A DNA stretch of 63,997 nt, counting the filler, from Dimargaris cristalligena (Eukaryota), in assembly GCA_003614675.1 (NCBI GenBank). It is 12 parts of 12 records of this genome, joined end to end, with 100 filler letters (N's around TTAATTAATTAA, not from the genome) between each part and the next. Parts side by side here need not be neighbours in the genome. Positions count along the whole stretch, not along the records: positions 32,476 to 37,771 come from ML003654.1; positions 37,872 to 43,162 come from ML003655.1; positions 43,263 to 48,541 come from ML003656.1; positions 48,642 to 53,917 come from ML003657.1; 8 more parts are not named here. One strand, given 5' to 3'. A model generated the notes under the pieces. It had not been told where the DNA came from. It saw only the letters and a program-made list of their open reading frames with translations, and did not search any database. The first letter of the stretch is position 1. Each line of letters begins with the position of its first letter. Below are positions 36,687 to 48,976 of this stretch, piece by piece. Made by a program: the position numbers and the translations under genes.

Positions 36687-38032
36687 GGTTATAAAACCTT
36701 GGTGGGGTTTAGCAGAGAAGGGTGTGGGTGTATATGGACGGATGTCAAAAGGTATCAAGATTGTGATAATAAAGGGTAGGGAGGGATAAATGCAAGAATT
36801 GTACTTGGATATGGAAAATAAGTTTTTACACAAGACCAGAGGTCTGGCCGAAAGACAGCGCAGGAAATAAAGATACAAGTAAACAGAGGGGGATAAATAG
36901 TTAGTCAGTCATTGGGAGGGAAGGGGAAGGCTTTTATAATAACATCGGGGATGGACCCCAGCGATACAGTCCTTCGGGACCAGTGATTGTTCCAATATTA
37001 TAATACAAGCGGGACCAGCCTCCCCCGTTTTCCGTTGTATCCTTCTCCGCTGCATTAAGACCCGCGCCATCCCCCTTCTATTCTCAGTGGTGATGTATAT
37101 CCTTCACTCTCCTCTCCCCCCTTTTTAGTTGAAGCCCAACGACATCATCCACGCTGAGTGTGACTGAGGCAGTCGCTCAGCAAGGCTTGGCGGGACAGCC
37201 ATCATCATTTAGAAAACACAGTCCGGTTATAATTGCCATAGTAGGGATCCAATGGGGGCCTCGTATTGTCCTGTTCACCACCTCCCTCTCTTCCATTGAT
37301 GGACTTGGCAAGGGAAGTTAGGGGTGGCCAAGAGAAGGGAAAAGGAAGGCAGTTCTATTGTTCCCAAATTGTGTGACCCTGTACTCTTTACCGATTAGCC
37401 GAGGCTTGTTCTTAACTCCTCCCCCCATGTCCCTTTCGGCAACAGCGGCCTTATCATCCCCCCTATTATTTTCCTTGATTTTCATTGAGCGTGCTTGGTC
37501 GGCCTTGACGATTCCAATGCCTGCCTTCAAACCAACAACGCGAGGGGTCTATTGGAATATTCCGAGAACGATTCATTTAACGCGTTTAAGTGGGTGAATC
37601 TATCCCCACCTCCCTCCGGCACCCTGCAACCCACAGGTGGTGGGCCTCTTCCTTCGATTTGATTCAAAGTCGAACAATGGCAACTCTTCCAATACTGATG
37701 AACAACAATGAGCCACTGGAGTTATGGGGACCCGCAAGGATGGGAAAGGTGCGAAGGGCAGCCCAATTGATNNNNNNNNNNNNNNNNNNNNNNNNNNNNN
37801 NNNNNNNNNNNNNNNTTAATTAATTAANNNNNNNNNNNNNNNNNNNNNNNNNNNNNNNNNNNNNNNNNNNNTATAATAATAGAAAAAACAATATAATAAT
37901 GAAAATGAAGGAATAATGACCATACTTGTCAGGGGCAGGGGCTCATTCACTCGTCAGGGGCGTACTTCCAATAAGTGCGAAAAATAGATTAAAAATAAAA
38001 GTAGGTAAAAAATGTGGTAAGTTCACTACAAG

Positions 38033-38353
38033 TATCCTTCCTTTAGGACCTCCCTCTGGAGTTGTCCCTACATATATATTACTAGGCCCCATTGGGACCA
38101 GTTAGATGGCTTAGCTTATTCTTACCCCTTAGTTTACCCTAATAAACTCTATATATACTCACTCCCCCTTATATTGACTAATAAGTGTACCTACTGTACA
38201 TTACTTATATATACCTGCTATAGCCATTATTATTTAGTACTATACCCCATACCTAATACTAGTAGTCTACCTGGCTAAGCCTAAGCCCTGCCAACTATTA
38301 AATGCCTATCCTTAGGACTCTTAACAGACTAAGAGTAGTTAACCTAGGTGATA
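38033..38353 (+). mobile_element. Heavily eroded 3' half of LTR family A
   Basis: Colinear with about 9755-10078 and ends ...AACCTAGGTGATA. Confidence 0.75.
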
Positions 38354-38829
38354 TTAACTAAAGAAAGTGAAGAAAAGGTATTGAGTGGAAAAATATAATG
38401 CTAAAAGTATTTTAATAATTGTATTACCAATTATGTGCAATTATCCATGTTTTATTTTGGGCCAACAGTGGGTAACTGATTTAAGATTAAAAAATAAATA
38501 AAACTAGTAAATAGGTAGGCAGTAATTCTGAATCTGAGGGAATACACTCATATTTATAATCTACAAAATCCTTGGACAATACTATAAAATATATAATTTG
38601 GTTAGATCCATAGTGGATTACCTAATGCAATTAAAAATATTTGATGATTGTCATTATATTATTTATTATATGGCTTTAAATTTAGGAGTAGGGCCTTAAA
38701 GATCATAGGATACCCTCCTCTAGTAAAAAAACATACCATGTATTAAGATATAATATTAAGTTATCTAAGGCTAATGGCCGAATTATGGCGTAAAAAGCTA
38801 GCTGAACAATATCTATATAGATTCACCAA

Positions 38830-40362
38830 TTAGACCAGGCAACCATGATATTCAGCACGCGGGAATCGATCGATTAGACCAGGCCATTGTACAATGAACC
38901 GATCAACTAAGGGGTAAAGCAAACGACCAGTAAGGGATAAACTTTTGACGCGGGCAAATGACTCTACATAAATAATTGACGGAGCCTTCAGGCCAAAAAC
39001 CTAGAGATATTGTAATACCAAAAAAAAATGGGGAGGAGTGGGACGGGGGTGATATAAGGCGGCACACAATATGCCAGTGGAGAAAGACGCTGTGATTAAT
39101 GGACGTGTTGTGTAACCAAATAAGGAGGTATTTAAGACGCGAGGGTAGAGTAAATGATGGTACATGTTGGCGTATTTCAAAAATAGGTTCTGTAACTTAC
39201 TTGGAGTAGGAGACAACTGGTAACTAAAGGTACACAGCTGCCGGGGCCATTGGTAAGCAACTATATATTATATGAGAAAAGTATTCCCCGCCACCCCACA
39301 TAAAGCCATTAGAAAACAATGGTGGCATCGATGAATATATATATGTGTATGTAATACTGGTTTAGAATACATACTAAATGAGAACCTGTATTGATTGGAG
39401 GCTGGATAATTATTTCGACCAGCAACGAATGTAACTACCAACATCCGTGTGGTCCTGAAATTATATTCGGCAATGGCTACCTACTAGGTCGGGGGTTTTC
39501 TGGTAAAGAAGGGGGAAGGCAGTATAGAACGTGCGAGCTACTGATACAGGGGTGGAGAGCCACGTCTGCCCCACTTCCCGACTCCGCGGGATCGTTTCAA
39601 TTGTATACTGGACAACCGCAAATAGATGTTACGCCGACATATATATAGAGAGAGAAAAAGAGAGAGAGGGAAGAAATTGCATAATATTAAGGTTTGTTTT
39701 AGGACTATATCAAAATTGAGATGTCGAGACGATTAAGTAATAATTTAGGGTAGATAGTTTAAAGCCAAACATATACCCAACTTACGCTTGAATCGGCTTG
39801 ATTTAATTGGGCTTCAAAATTCCGAGCCTTATCGGCACTAGCCCGGTCGGTATCCGTAACGAAGTACGTCCGGCGACGATATATATTTTGGTAATCTAAC
39901 CACCGTATAAGACGAAGCATTTCAGCGGTATGTCCACCTATTCGCCCCCCACCAACATATATATATATAATTATTTACAATCCGGGAAATATATAGAGAG
40001 CATAATACAATTAACCAATAAGCTATACTATCACTGAATGGTGGTGGTGGGGCTCTTAGCACTTGGACAGAACGGCCTTCGGCATAGGCATTCGCGAGAT
40101 GGTCGAGGCCGGAAATGACCAATGCGGTTTAGGCGGCCAGCACCAGCCTGGGTCCTTCTCCCACCCATCCCTTACCTGAACCTAGAACGATGCCCAGGGT
40201 AATAATGGGCGCCGAAGACGAATCCACTGGTTTACCAACAGTGGGTTGGCCATTTAGGGGCTGGACCGGTCGGGGCGGACGGAAATAGGGCACGACGGCA
40301 TGAACTCGCCAGGCGAATGCGGTGACCAATGCCAAAAAGATGGTGAACAATAAAGCGAACAT
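38830..40362 (-). CDS. ALG14: UDP-GlcNAc transferase subunit ALG14; 5 exons: 40362-40176, 39937-39786, 39607-39485, 39260-39201, 39000-38830
   Basis: The spliced product has an N-terminal TM helix, IVLGSGGHTAEM, IPRSREVGQ, PDLLLTNGPGSCVP, IIYVESFARVKSLSLTGRLLY and DRFIVQWP. Confidence 0.95.
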
Positions 40363-41388
40363 GTATATATATATATATATATATATTAAAATGGGAGATG
40401 AGCTACATGTAAGTGGTGCGTAACTTCAATAAAAATGCAAACCCTACTATTCTTCCCCTTTGAAGCCCTGCCTTCGTTTAACCATTGTGGAAGGCTGTAA
40501 GTTTAAATGTTGATGGAATACATGCCTGTGGGGAAATTGGGGGTTTTGGGGCCACTGCTTGTGGAGAAAACCACCCACCTGTCCACCATATCCCATTCAC
40601 CAGGCATCGAGCCAGCAGTCAACCCACTATTACTAAATCGAGTCAAGTTGGACTAGCCCCTCCCTCACAAGTGGAAGCTAATCAGCTATATCGGCCCGTA
40701 AATACTGGCATTTTTGCCAATGACCGTCCTCATTGAATGGTCTTGAAAGTCACTTGAGACCCACGGAATGCTTTAGCCTGGAAGAACTCTTTATTAATAG
40801 TGTTGTAGCGGAGGTGGGCGTCTTAGCCACTGCTAATCAGGCAGTCCATTTTAGGCACCAGGCACCACAGCGTATTTTTACAACCATGAAGAATTATTAT
40901 AGTGTCCACCCAAATCAAGGGGGTCTCCAACACGGTAATAGCAGCGAAGTATAAGAGGAGGAGGAGCGAAGATATCGAAGGAGTGATAAAACAAAAAATA
41001 CAAGAAAAGCGCGGGCGAAGAGAGGGTGGGTGATGGACTAGATAATACAGATAAAGATGGTAAGATGGGAGGGAGAAAAGGGGAAGAATGCATGCAGGTA
41101 AATGTAGGGCGGAGATATGACGGAGAAGAGATAATCATCAGTCGCACCGCGGTCAAGTGATTTGGAGATGTCCAAAAGCGACACTACAAAAGAAAAGGGG
41201 GTGATATAATCGGGGAACCCCGGTGAAAGACTCCCGAATATAAAAAAGTATACGGTAAAGGCGGGGCCACTCCACTTCTGTTTCCTAGTGTTATCGATAA
41301 ATAAGAGGGAATGGGGTTCGTCGAGGGGATAGATCCCCCTGCTCCGCCTCCGTGCGATCAATGGAAGCGCAGGCTAACTGGCGAGGGT

Positions 41389-42669
41389 TTAGACCAGGTT
41401 ATATCCGGCCACGATGGAAGAACACCAGCTGGCAATGTCGCGGATGTTGCAGATAATGTCCTCGGCGTGCTCCGCAAACGAGTAGTCCTCTGGGATTAAA
41501 TCCAGCAGGGGAACGGGGACTTTAACCGGCTCGGGGGACTCGAACGGGGCGGCGAGAGACGTAATATCGGACCACGGGCCCCGTCCACTCCACCACTGGG
41601 GCATGTATTCGCCCAGCCAGGACACCAGCGTGGCCGAATGGGCCATCACAGGGAGGGTGGGGGCGGAGGCCCGCCGGATGGGGGGTTCCCTCCGATCGAA
41701 CGGCGACCGGGAGGAGTAGCCGCTGCCCACTAACCAGGGCCGACGGTTAGACTCCACTCGCCCAGGGTCAGATTTGAGAACAGTGGGCTCCAGACGGACA
41801 ATCGTGGTACAGTGGGACCGACGTCGCTTGCGGCGCGGGACCGAGGGATCGACGAGCAAAGGGACTAGGCTGGACTGTGCCAGTTCACTAGTGGCCCCAC
41901 TCATCCCACGTGGACGAAGGGCGTAGACGGGTGGTTTGCCCTCAGAGGTATGGTAGTTGTCGGTGTCGTCTTCGTCGTCATTTTCAGGGTCGCTCCAACC
42001 GTCCAGCCCCTCAGGGGGAGGGAGCAGAGCCATACACTGTTCTACGGTAGACTTGAACCGCAGGCGGGGTTTGAGGGCACCCCCTTCCGAAGCCAATGAC
42101 GTGTCACTGGGGCTGCGGACCAGGGTTTCGGTAGAGTCGGCAAAGGACCCCGTATCGGCAATATCCAACAGGCTGGCATTACAAGAGGCCGGGGACCGGT
42201 AGAGAGAGGGTGAATTGAGATACGGCCGGGGCGAGGTGGGTCCAGTGTCGGCCCGGAACCAGTCGGCGGGGCCGCGTCGTTTCAGGGCCGGCTTCAGGCC
42301 GGACGGGGAGGTGGGAAGGTGTAGGGCGGTTGGTGACAAGGAGGAGGAGGCCGTGGGCACCCAGGTGTAGAGGGGCCCGTACAGCCAGGTTACGTCACTA
42401 TCCTTGAGCCAATTGAGGGATTCAGGACGGACGGTCGGAAGGTTATTGCGGGTCTTGGCCCAGACGCGCCAAGAGGCGTTTTCTAGCCGATAGCCGTTGA
42501 GTAGCGAGCACTTCTGACGGGTCACGGCCTTCCACGACTCCGCTAGCTCGTCTAGATTCCAAGTATGGGCCAGGTAGTCGACGCAGTAGCTGGAGGAGGG
42601 GTGGGAATGGCCGTCTTGGGCAAGCAGCAGGTGTTCTACCGTGGGAGGGGGAGGGACGTCAGGCAGCAT
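41389..42669 (-). CDS. Reg1-like protein phosphatase 1 regulatory subunit (DUF1752 domain)
   Basis: CVDYLAHTW...RLENASWRVW...LNWLKDSDVTWLYGPL plus the PP1-docking-like RLRFKSTVEQCMAL. Start taken at ACCATG (MLPDVP). Confidence 0.85.
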   Translation of the reverse strand: MLPDVPPPPTVEHLLLAQDGHSHPSSSYCVDYLAHTWNLDELAESWKAVTRQKCSLLNGYRLENASWRVWAKTRNNLPTVRPESLNWLKDSDVTWLYGPLYTWVPTASSSLSPTALHLPTSPSGLKPALKRRGPADWFRADTGPTSPRPYLNSPSLYRSPASCNASLLDIADTGSFADSTETLVRSPSDTSLASEGGALKPRLRFKSTVEQCMALLPPPEGLDGWSDPENDDEDDTDNYHTSEGKPPVYALRPRGMSGATSELAQSSLVPLLVDPSVPRRKRRRSHCTTIVRLEPTVLKSDPGRVESNRRPWLVGSGYSSRSPFDRREPPIRRASAPTLPVMAHSATLVSWLGEYMPQWWSGRGPWSDITSLAAPFESPEPVKVPVPLLDLIPEDYSFAEHAEDIICNIRDIASWCSSIVAGYNLV

Positions 42670-43262
42670 GGTGGCATGGGGACCCAATAGGCAAGAGGGA
42701 ATACTGAGGGGAAACAGTAATAAAAAATAGGCAATGAAAAGATAAGGCAAAAAAAAGCAAGGGCGCCCAGAAAAGAGGAGAGCTATTATATGGACAAGTC
42801 CGGTTAAGCAGAGGAGACAGGCCAAGGGTTAAAATACAGTCAGCGAACAACGACCGAAAAGAGAAGGAGGGAGAGTTAGTGGATTTTACCACGGTTATTA
42901 AAGAACAAGAGAAGCCCAGGCAGGCGAGGGAGGGGGAAGATAAAGCCCAAAATGGAAAGAAGAGAGGGAAGACTGTTAAGCTGCCCCTCCTATCTATCTA
43001 CACAGACGAGGTGAGGTAGTCAATTTAGTTCGATAGGGAAGGAGGAACTAAGTAAGAAAACACACGCTCACTGGTGGAAAATGGTACATGGGGGCTATAC
43101 TGCCAGTCGTACAAGGTAAGAGACGAGGTCAGTAAATTGGCCCTCTTCACACGCACAATTGANNNNNNNNNNNNNNNNNNNNNNNNNNNNNNNNNNNNNN
43201 NNNNNNTTAATTAATTAANNNNNNNNNNNNNNNNNNNNNNNNNNNNNNNNNNNNNNNNNNNN

Positions 43263-46200
43263 AAATATTAAAAACATTAATATCTGTATTGTATATTATC
43301 GTAAAATTTTAAATATTTTTATACCTATATTATTTTAACATAAAACTCAAAATAGAAATACCTGCTACCAGTTTAGTAAACTTTTATAAAAAAATTTGGT
43401 AATATTTATTACACTTAAGTTTAAGATTAGAAGAATATGCGATAAATATATAATATTATGGATTTTAAATTGGAAATTATAATCATTTCTTATATAGACT
43501 ATTTAGCTTTATATTATCATAAATATCATTACCTGAATTAATGCAGATAAATGTTGTAAACCAGATAATATGATAAGCCCAATATTATATATTGGGGTAT
43601 AAGAATTTATCAGATTCATTAACTTTATTATGTATCGATTAATTAAATGGTTCTAAATCTATAATTTTTGTAATAATATTTTATTTATCACACCAATTAT
43701 TTCATAATTGTTTCGATTTATAAACTTTTATAATCACTTCTCCATCAATATTTTATGATATACGTTATACCAGTATCAAAGATACTTATAATTATCTATA
43801 TTTATTATAAATTATACTTTGTTATTTATCCTTATAGTAATATAAAATATTAAAAAACAATAATAATATAATTTAATACTAACCCTTTACAAATATCCCA
43901 AATATTAAATAACTGGCTTTATAATACTCATAATACATTATTAAATATATTATTGATAAAATAACTTTCTATTTATTATTTTATTTACTTTACTTTTAAT
44001 GACGTTAGTATACATGCATTACTGTGTCTAAAGTACTTTACCAAATCTATAATTGGTTATGTCCTGTTATTATTATATTAATCCCATTTATCTCGTTATA
44101 TATTAGATAACAATTGGTATTTAATTATTAGCCTTTTTCAAGAGATAATTAGTAAATTTTATGTATAATATTATAATTTCTTTTATATTTTAAACCTTTT
44201 ATATTGAGTTACTTAGTAACTTTGCTCACATAAGTAATAGATTATATTAACAATTATTCTATAACCATTATATATCCATAACGATCATTTATTATATTTT
44301 ATATTAACCAATTGTAAATTGGGGTTTTATCTTTAGAACCTATTGTATTATTCGATATTTTATTGGTATATTTGTTATCCGGTGTTTGATTGCCAATACT
44401 TCGTATTCAATATCTAATTTTGGTTGTACTCCTAAATGTATGTTATTTGTACATATTGAATTGGTTTTCTTTTAATAATATATTTATTCATTAACTTCTT
44501 CTATGATATTGATATTTATATACTTATATTTTTTTCCTGATATTATCAGAATATTTTTATTTCCAATATTATAAATATTGTGGGCACTATAAATAAAAGT
44601 TAGGTAGGATAGTAATAATTGTTCATGGAGGGTCAAATTAAACTTATATATTTTATTTTTAAAAATTGTGCTCCTACGTCGATATTATCCTTTATGTAAT
44701 TATAATACACCCTCCCCAGGAAACTAAGTTTCCTTCTGCGGTTCCCTGATATGGAACCTTTCTTTATATTTTTTTATGAGCCGAGGCCCTTGGGATTTTT
44801 TAATATTGAAAAATTTAAATTTTAATCCATCTAATTTATGTCACCAAATCTACGATTTTTCTTTTTATTGTTCAGATATTAAATCCTATAGAAATTTATT
44901 TTTATTTAACTTCTTCGTCATATAATTTTATTTAGATACGCTAACTTGGTTTTTATATTATGAATTATTGTTATTTATTAAATTTATATTTTAGATATTC
45001 TTACTATTCTTAGCTTTATTTACATCTACGTTTATTTACTCCCAATATTTTCAATATTGTTCTCGTTGATTTTTACCATTTCTTTTATTTTATCTCTTCA
45101 TATATTTATTAACCCATATTATAAATATGGGGTCACCATTCTTTCCCAATACTTCGTATTGTTTAATCAATGATTATGATCTTACTTATAGATTTTGCCC
45201 AATATTTTTAAGTCATTTTACATATTATTTATTTTGGTACATTAAATGTACGATATGATTAGTTCTATCTTTTTTATATTATCAATTGATTATGATAAAA
45301 ATATTTTTATAAAGGTATTTATGCTTATAAAAAATATTTTGGTACACCATTAAACTGTTAATTCAATTTTATCGCCCGTTTGTTTTTATTTAAAATTTAT
45401 TATTTCAACATTTTATTATTAATTTTGTAATTTAATAAATAGGAAAATTTCTATAGACTGTCATTAATCTATTTTATTACTGATTTAAATAATATATAAA
45501 GATTTCAGGCATATTGAAAAATTTAAATTTTAATCCATTTATAGGTACGGCACGGTGGAGTTAAGGTACAGGCCAGGTTTAAATATTTTTTTAATTTCTT
45601 TTTTTTCCTAATATATTTAACCTCTTTTTATTTGTTATTTTATGAATTTAATATTTAATCTGTTAATATTATAAAATTTTGAATAATATTTGTATAAAAG
45701 CTACACCAGGTTTAACCAATCATAGATTTGGGTATATCCAATAATTTTATTATTGTTATTAATCATTTTTATCATGACGACAGCAATAACATCTGTGATT
45801 TCAACAATTGGTTCAGAATTTTTAAAAATTCAAATAAAAATTTTTAAAAATTAAATTCTGTATAAAAAATTTTAAATATGCCTGCTTTTAATTTTTTATC
45901 ATAATAAATTTACTTTAGGAGAAAATGTATAAATAAAAATAAATTTACACTGTACTATAGTATTATATTCTGTTTATTCCAGATATAACTAACCTCTTAA
46001 ATATAATGTTTATATTTTGTATATTGCTATATTATTTGTAGATAAACTAAACTAAACAGTAGCAAATAAATGAAGTAATTAAAGATAGTAAAATTTGTTA
46101 TTCTAAATATTAAAATAAGGTATTTCTAAGTTTATTTTATAATATCCATTAAATTTTTTAGATTAGATAAAAGTATACTAATAAAGGGAATAATAAAGAA

Positions 46201-48541
46201 ATGTGACATTTTATAGAATGTTTAACTGAGTTGGGTTATTAAAAGTTTGTAAAGCTCAATTAGTTAAGTTGCTTTGATTTGTGAGTTTAAGTATCACCAG
46301 GAGGTACTTTAGTACAATGGTTAATAAGTATGACAAAAATTATTTTTATTGTAGATTCGAATCTTGTTCCCAATATTTTCAATATTGGTTAAAATTTATA
46401 TAGAATTTGATTAACAGTCATTATCAAGATAACAACACTTATAGTGCTGGGGTTAGATACTATTGGTATAAATTTGGAGGTAATAAATTAGACCATAGAT
46501 TTTATTTATTTTAATAAATCTTAGGAGATTGGTCATTAAATCGTTATCTTAGATAACAAAGGAATATATAGATTCTTATATTAAATTTATAAAATAAGAA
46601 ATAAAAAGAGATTAAAAATATAAGGAAAGAAAATTTATGATCATTTATACATTAAAAAGTTTATTTATAACTTTGTAAACAATATTTATCAAAATGATTA
46701 ATGTCATTAATACCTTGAACAGAATATCTTGCAACTTTTTTAGTTATAGTAATTGATCCTATACCCTTGAATAAAATTTTAAGTTTCTAAATCTAGCCTG
46801 TACCTTAACTCCACCGTGCCCAGAGTTATTTTAAAATTTTTCAATATTTTATTAATTAATATATATATACTGCCAGATAAAATTCATAATATATGAAAAC
46901 CCCAATATATGATTGGTCACCCTTTGCCCTGATATGGAACCATTATATTTATTATTCAGTTTATTTCCTATGTAAAAATTATATAAAATAATGAATAGTA
47001 ATAGTTTATATATTTGATTCATTCATAATACAAGACAGTACCCCAATCTATGATTGGTTAAATCTGGTGATATCCATTAATCCCAATCTACGATTGGTTA
47101 CCTGGTTTTTACTACCCAAGATACCCAATCTATGATTGGTTCAAGGATTTTTATTTCTTTCCCCACAATATTTATAATATTGGTGTTTTTAATTTTTTAT
47201 TTACCATAAAACAATATAAAATATTAATATAAAGATAAGGCCTCCATAAAAAATAATAATTTTATACAGAACATTAATGTTTTTATTATTATTACTTTTA
47301 ATACTTTCACAAATCTACGATTTGGTTTAATATTTAAATTTGATTTATATAAAAAATATTATTAAACAATCCTTTTTCTATTACCCAATCTACGATTGGC
47401 TAAAAATGCTATACAAATTATATATAATAAATCTAATAATAATATAACTGCAACATTATAAATGTTCAATGGATTTAATGGTATTAGGTCATAAAATTTA
47501 ACTTAATCATTTATACAAATAATGATCATAAATTTTAATTATTATATTTAAACTATATCAGTAATGAATAATCTAGATAGATCCAATTATATTAATATTT
47601 TATATTGTCAATACTACTACAATATTACTGGTTAAATCCAGAATAGACTTTGTATATAGATCAACAATAAAGTTGTTGTTCAGTTACTACGTTATAATAT
47701 CATTTATTCACTAATGTTAAAACACCTTTAGTGTTAAATTAGGATTATTACAGTTATTTGTGCGTAACTTTTTATAAACAAATCTTTACAAGATTTTACA
47801 TATATATTATATTATTTACCAATTTACTTTGTTGATAAATTTTTTATATCTTATTTACCTTCATGTATATCTAAAAATAAAAATATTAACTAATTTCTAT
47901 CTTTACTTGTAAAAATATTTCATATTTTGGTTTCACTATTTTTATCTATCTTTTATTTCTACTTATACTTAGCTTTTACCTTTTGTTCCTATAAACCTTT
48001 ATCAAATTTACTCCTGCATAAGTAAAAACAAGGATTATTAAGATCAACTTATTTTATTACCGTATTTATTTCCATGATATTTATGTATTATATAATCAAA
48101 ACCTTATTGAAATAATAATTATTTTCACATTATTAATAAACTATAAGTTTATGGAATGGAGCTATATACTTATATTTTAGCCTATTTATTATTATATTTA
48201 TGCTTTTACGGTATGGACATCTATGATAGTTATTTATATAATAAATGTCATAACCTAGGTAATATATTTAAATATCAATACCAAATTTATTTAACTCTTC
48301 GTATAGCATAAATAATATATTTAATTAAATTTTAAGATTCACCATATATAGATATTATAAATATCTTTTCCTGATATTATAAAAATATTTTTATTTTTTA
48401 TTTTATAATGATTTGGCTCCATATATATACATTTGTATTTTTATTTGTAATTTAATTCATTTAATATTTAATCTATTAATGTTTCTGGTGTAAAAATTTT
48501 TAAAAATTTTTATTTGAATTTTTAAAAATTAAAATATTAAA
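43263..48541. other. Extremely AT-rich contig, probably mitochondrial non-coding DNA (or a NUMT)
   Basis: Composition unlike every other contig, no ORF of 60 aa or more in the track, a LAGLIDADG remnant, and dispersed small palindromes and GC-rich mini-elements. Confidence 0.7.
46664..46786 (-). pseudogene. LAGLIDADG homing endonuclease remnant
   Basis: Translates to KLKILFKGIGSITITKKVARYSVQGINDINHFDKYCLQSYK, matching the FxGIGxI...ARYxV...HFDKYPLxTxK segment of fungal mitochondrial LAGLIDADG proteins. Confidence 0.7.
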
Positions 48542-48641
48542 NNNNNNNNNNNNNNNNNNNNNNNNNNNNNNNNNNNNNNNNNNNNTTAATTAATTAANNN
48601 NNNNNNNNNNNNNNNNNNNNNNNNNNNNNNNNNNNNNNNNN

Positions 48642-48976
48642 CCTTTCTCTATTATTATCTATCTTTTCAAATAAAGTTCAGTTTTCAAGGATTTGAGTTC
48701 AGTTCTTTACAACTACTAAGGTTATAGAATAAGTAAATAGGCCAATTGGATAGCCACTAGTATCCAGAAGACCCCAATGGTAACTAAATAAGTCTAACAA
48801 ATCAGTACTTAAGTAATTAGTGTGAATAGGTAGAGTCTGGGAGGGGAAGGATTATATAATAAGGGATAATCCCATAGTACTGGGGGTGACTATGGGAAGG
48901 CTAATATGACACTATAAGGCCTAATATAGTCAGACACCTAAGCTAGCTAGATTAAGGCAGATTAGACAATCTGACA
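48642..48976 (-). mobile_element. LTR family A 5' half (48976-48712) abutting the terminus of family B (48642-48711)
   Basis: The reverse complement begins TGTCAGATTGTCTAATC and aligns to 8978-9091 plus 9606-9760. On the minus strand it is preceded by purine-rich AGGGATGGG. Confidence 0.7.

Noticed and set aside
36687..36878. N-terminal extensions in the ORF track for TMEM198 (also REG1-like 42670-42825 and 51678-51752)
   Set aside because: They start at non-ATG codons and run through pyrimidine-rich 5' leader sequence. Downstream ACCATG starts fit better.
46303..46370. tRNA-like segment in the AT-rich contig (TAGTACAATGGTTAATA...GTAGATTCGAATCT)
   Set aside because: There is no paired acceptor stem or proper anticodon arm; at most a relic.
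43263..48541. Reassigned TAA codon or Mollicutes endosymbiont genome
   Set aside because: TAA is expected at high frequency in such AT-rich DNA. The frames I read also contain TAG and shift, and no intact recognisable gene emerged.
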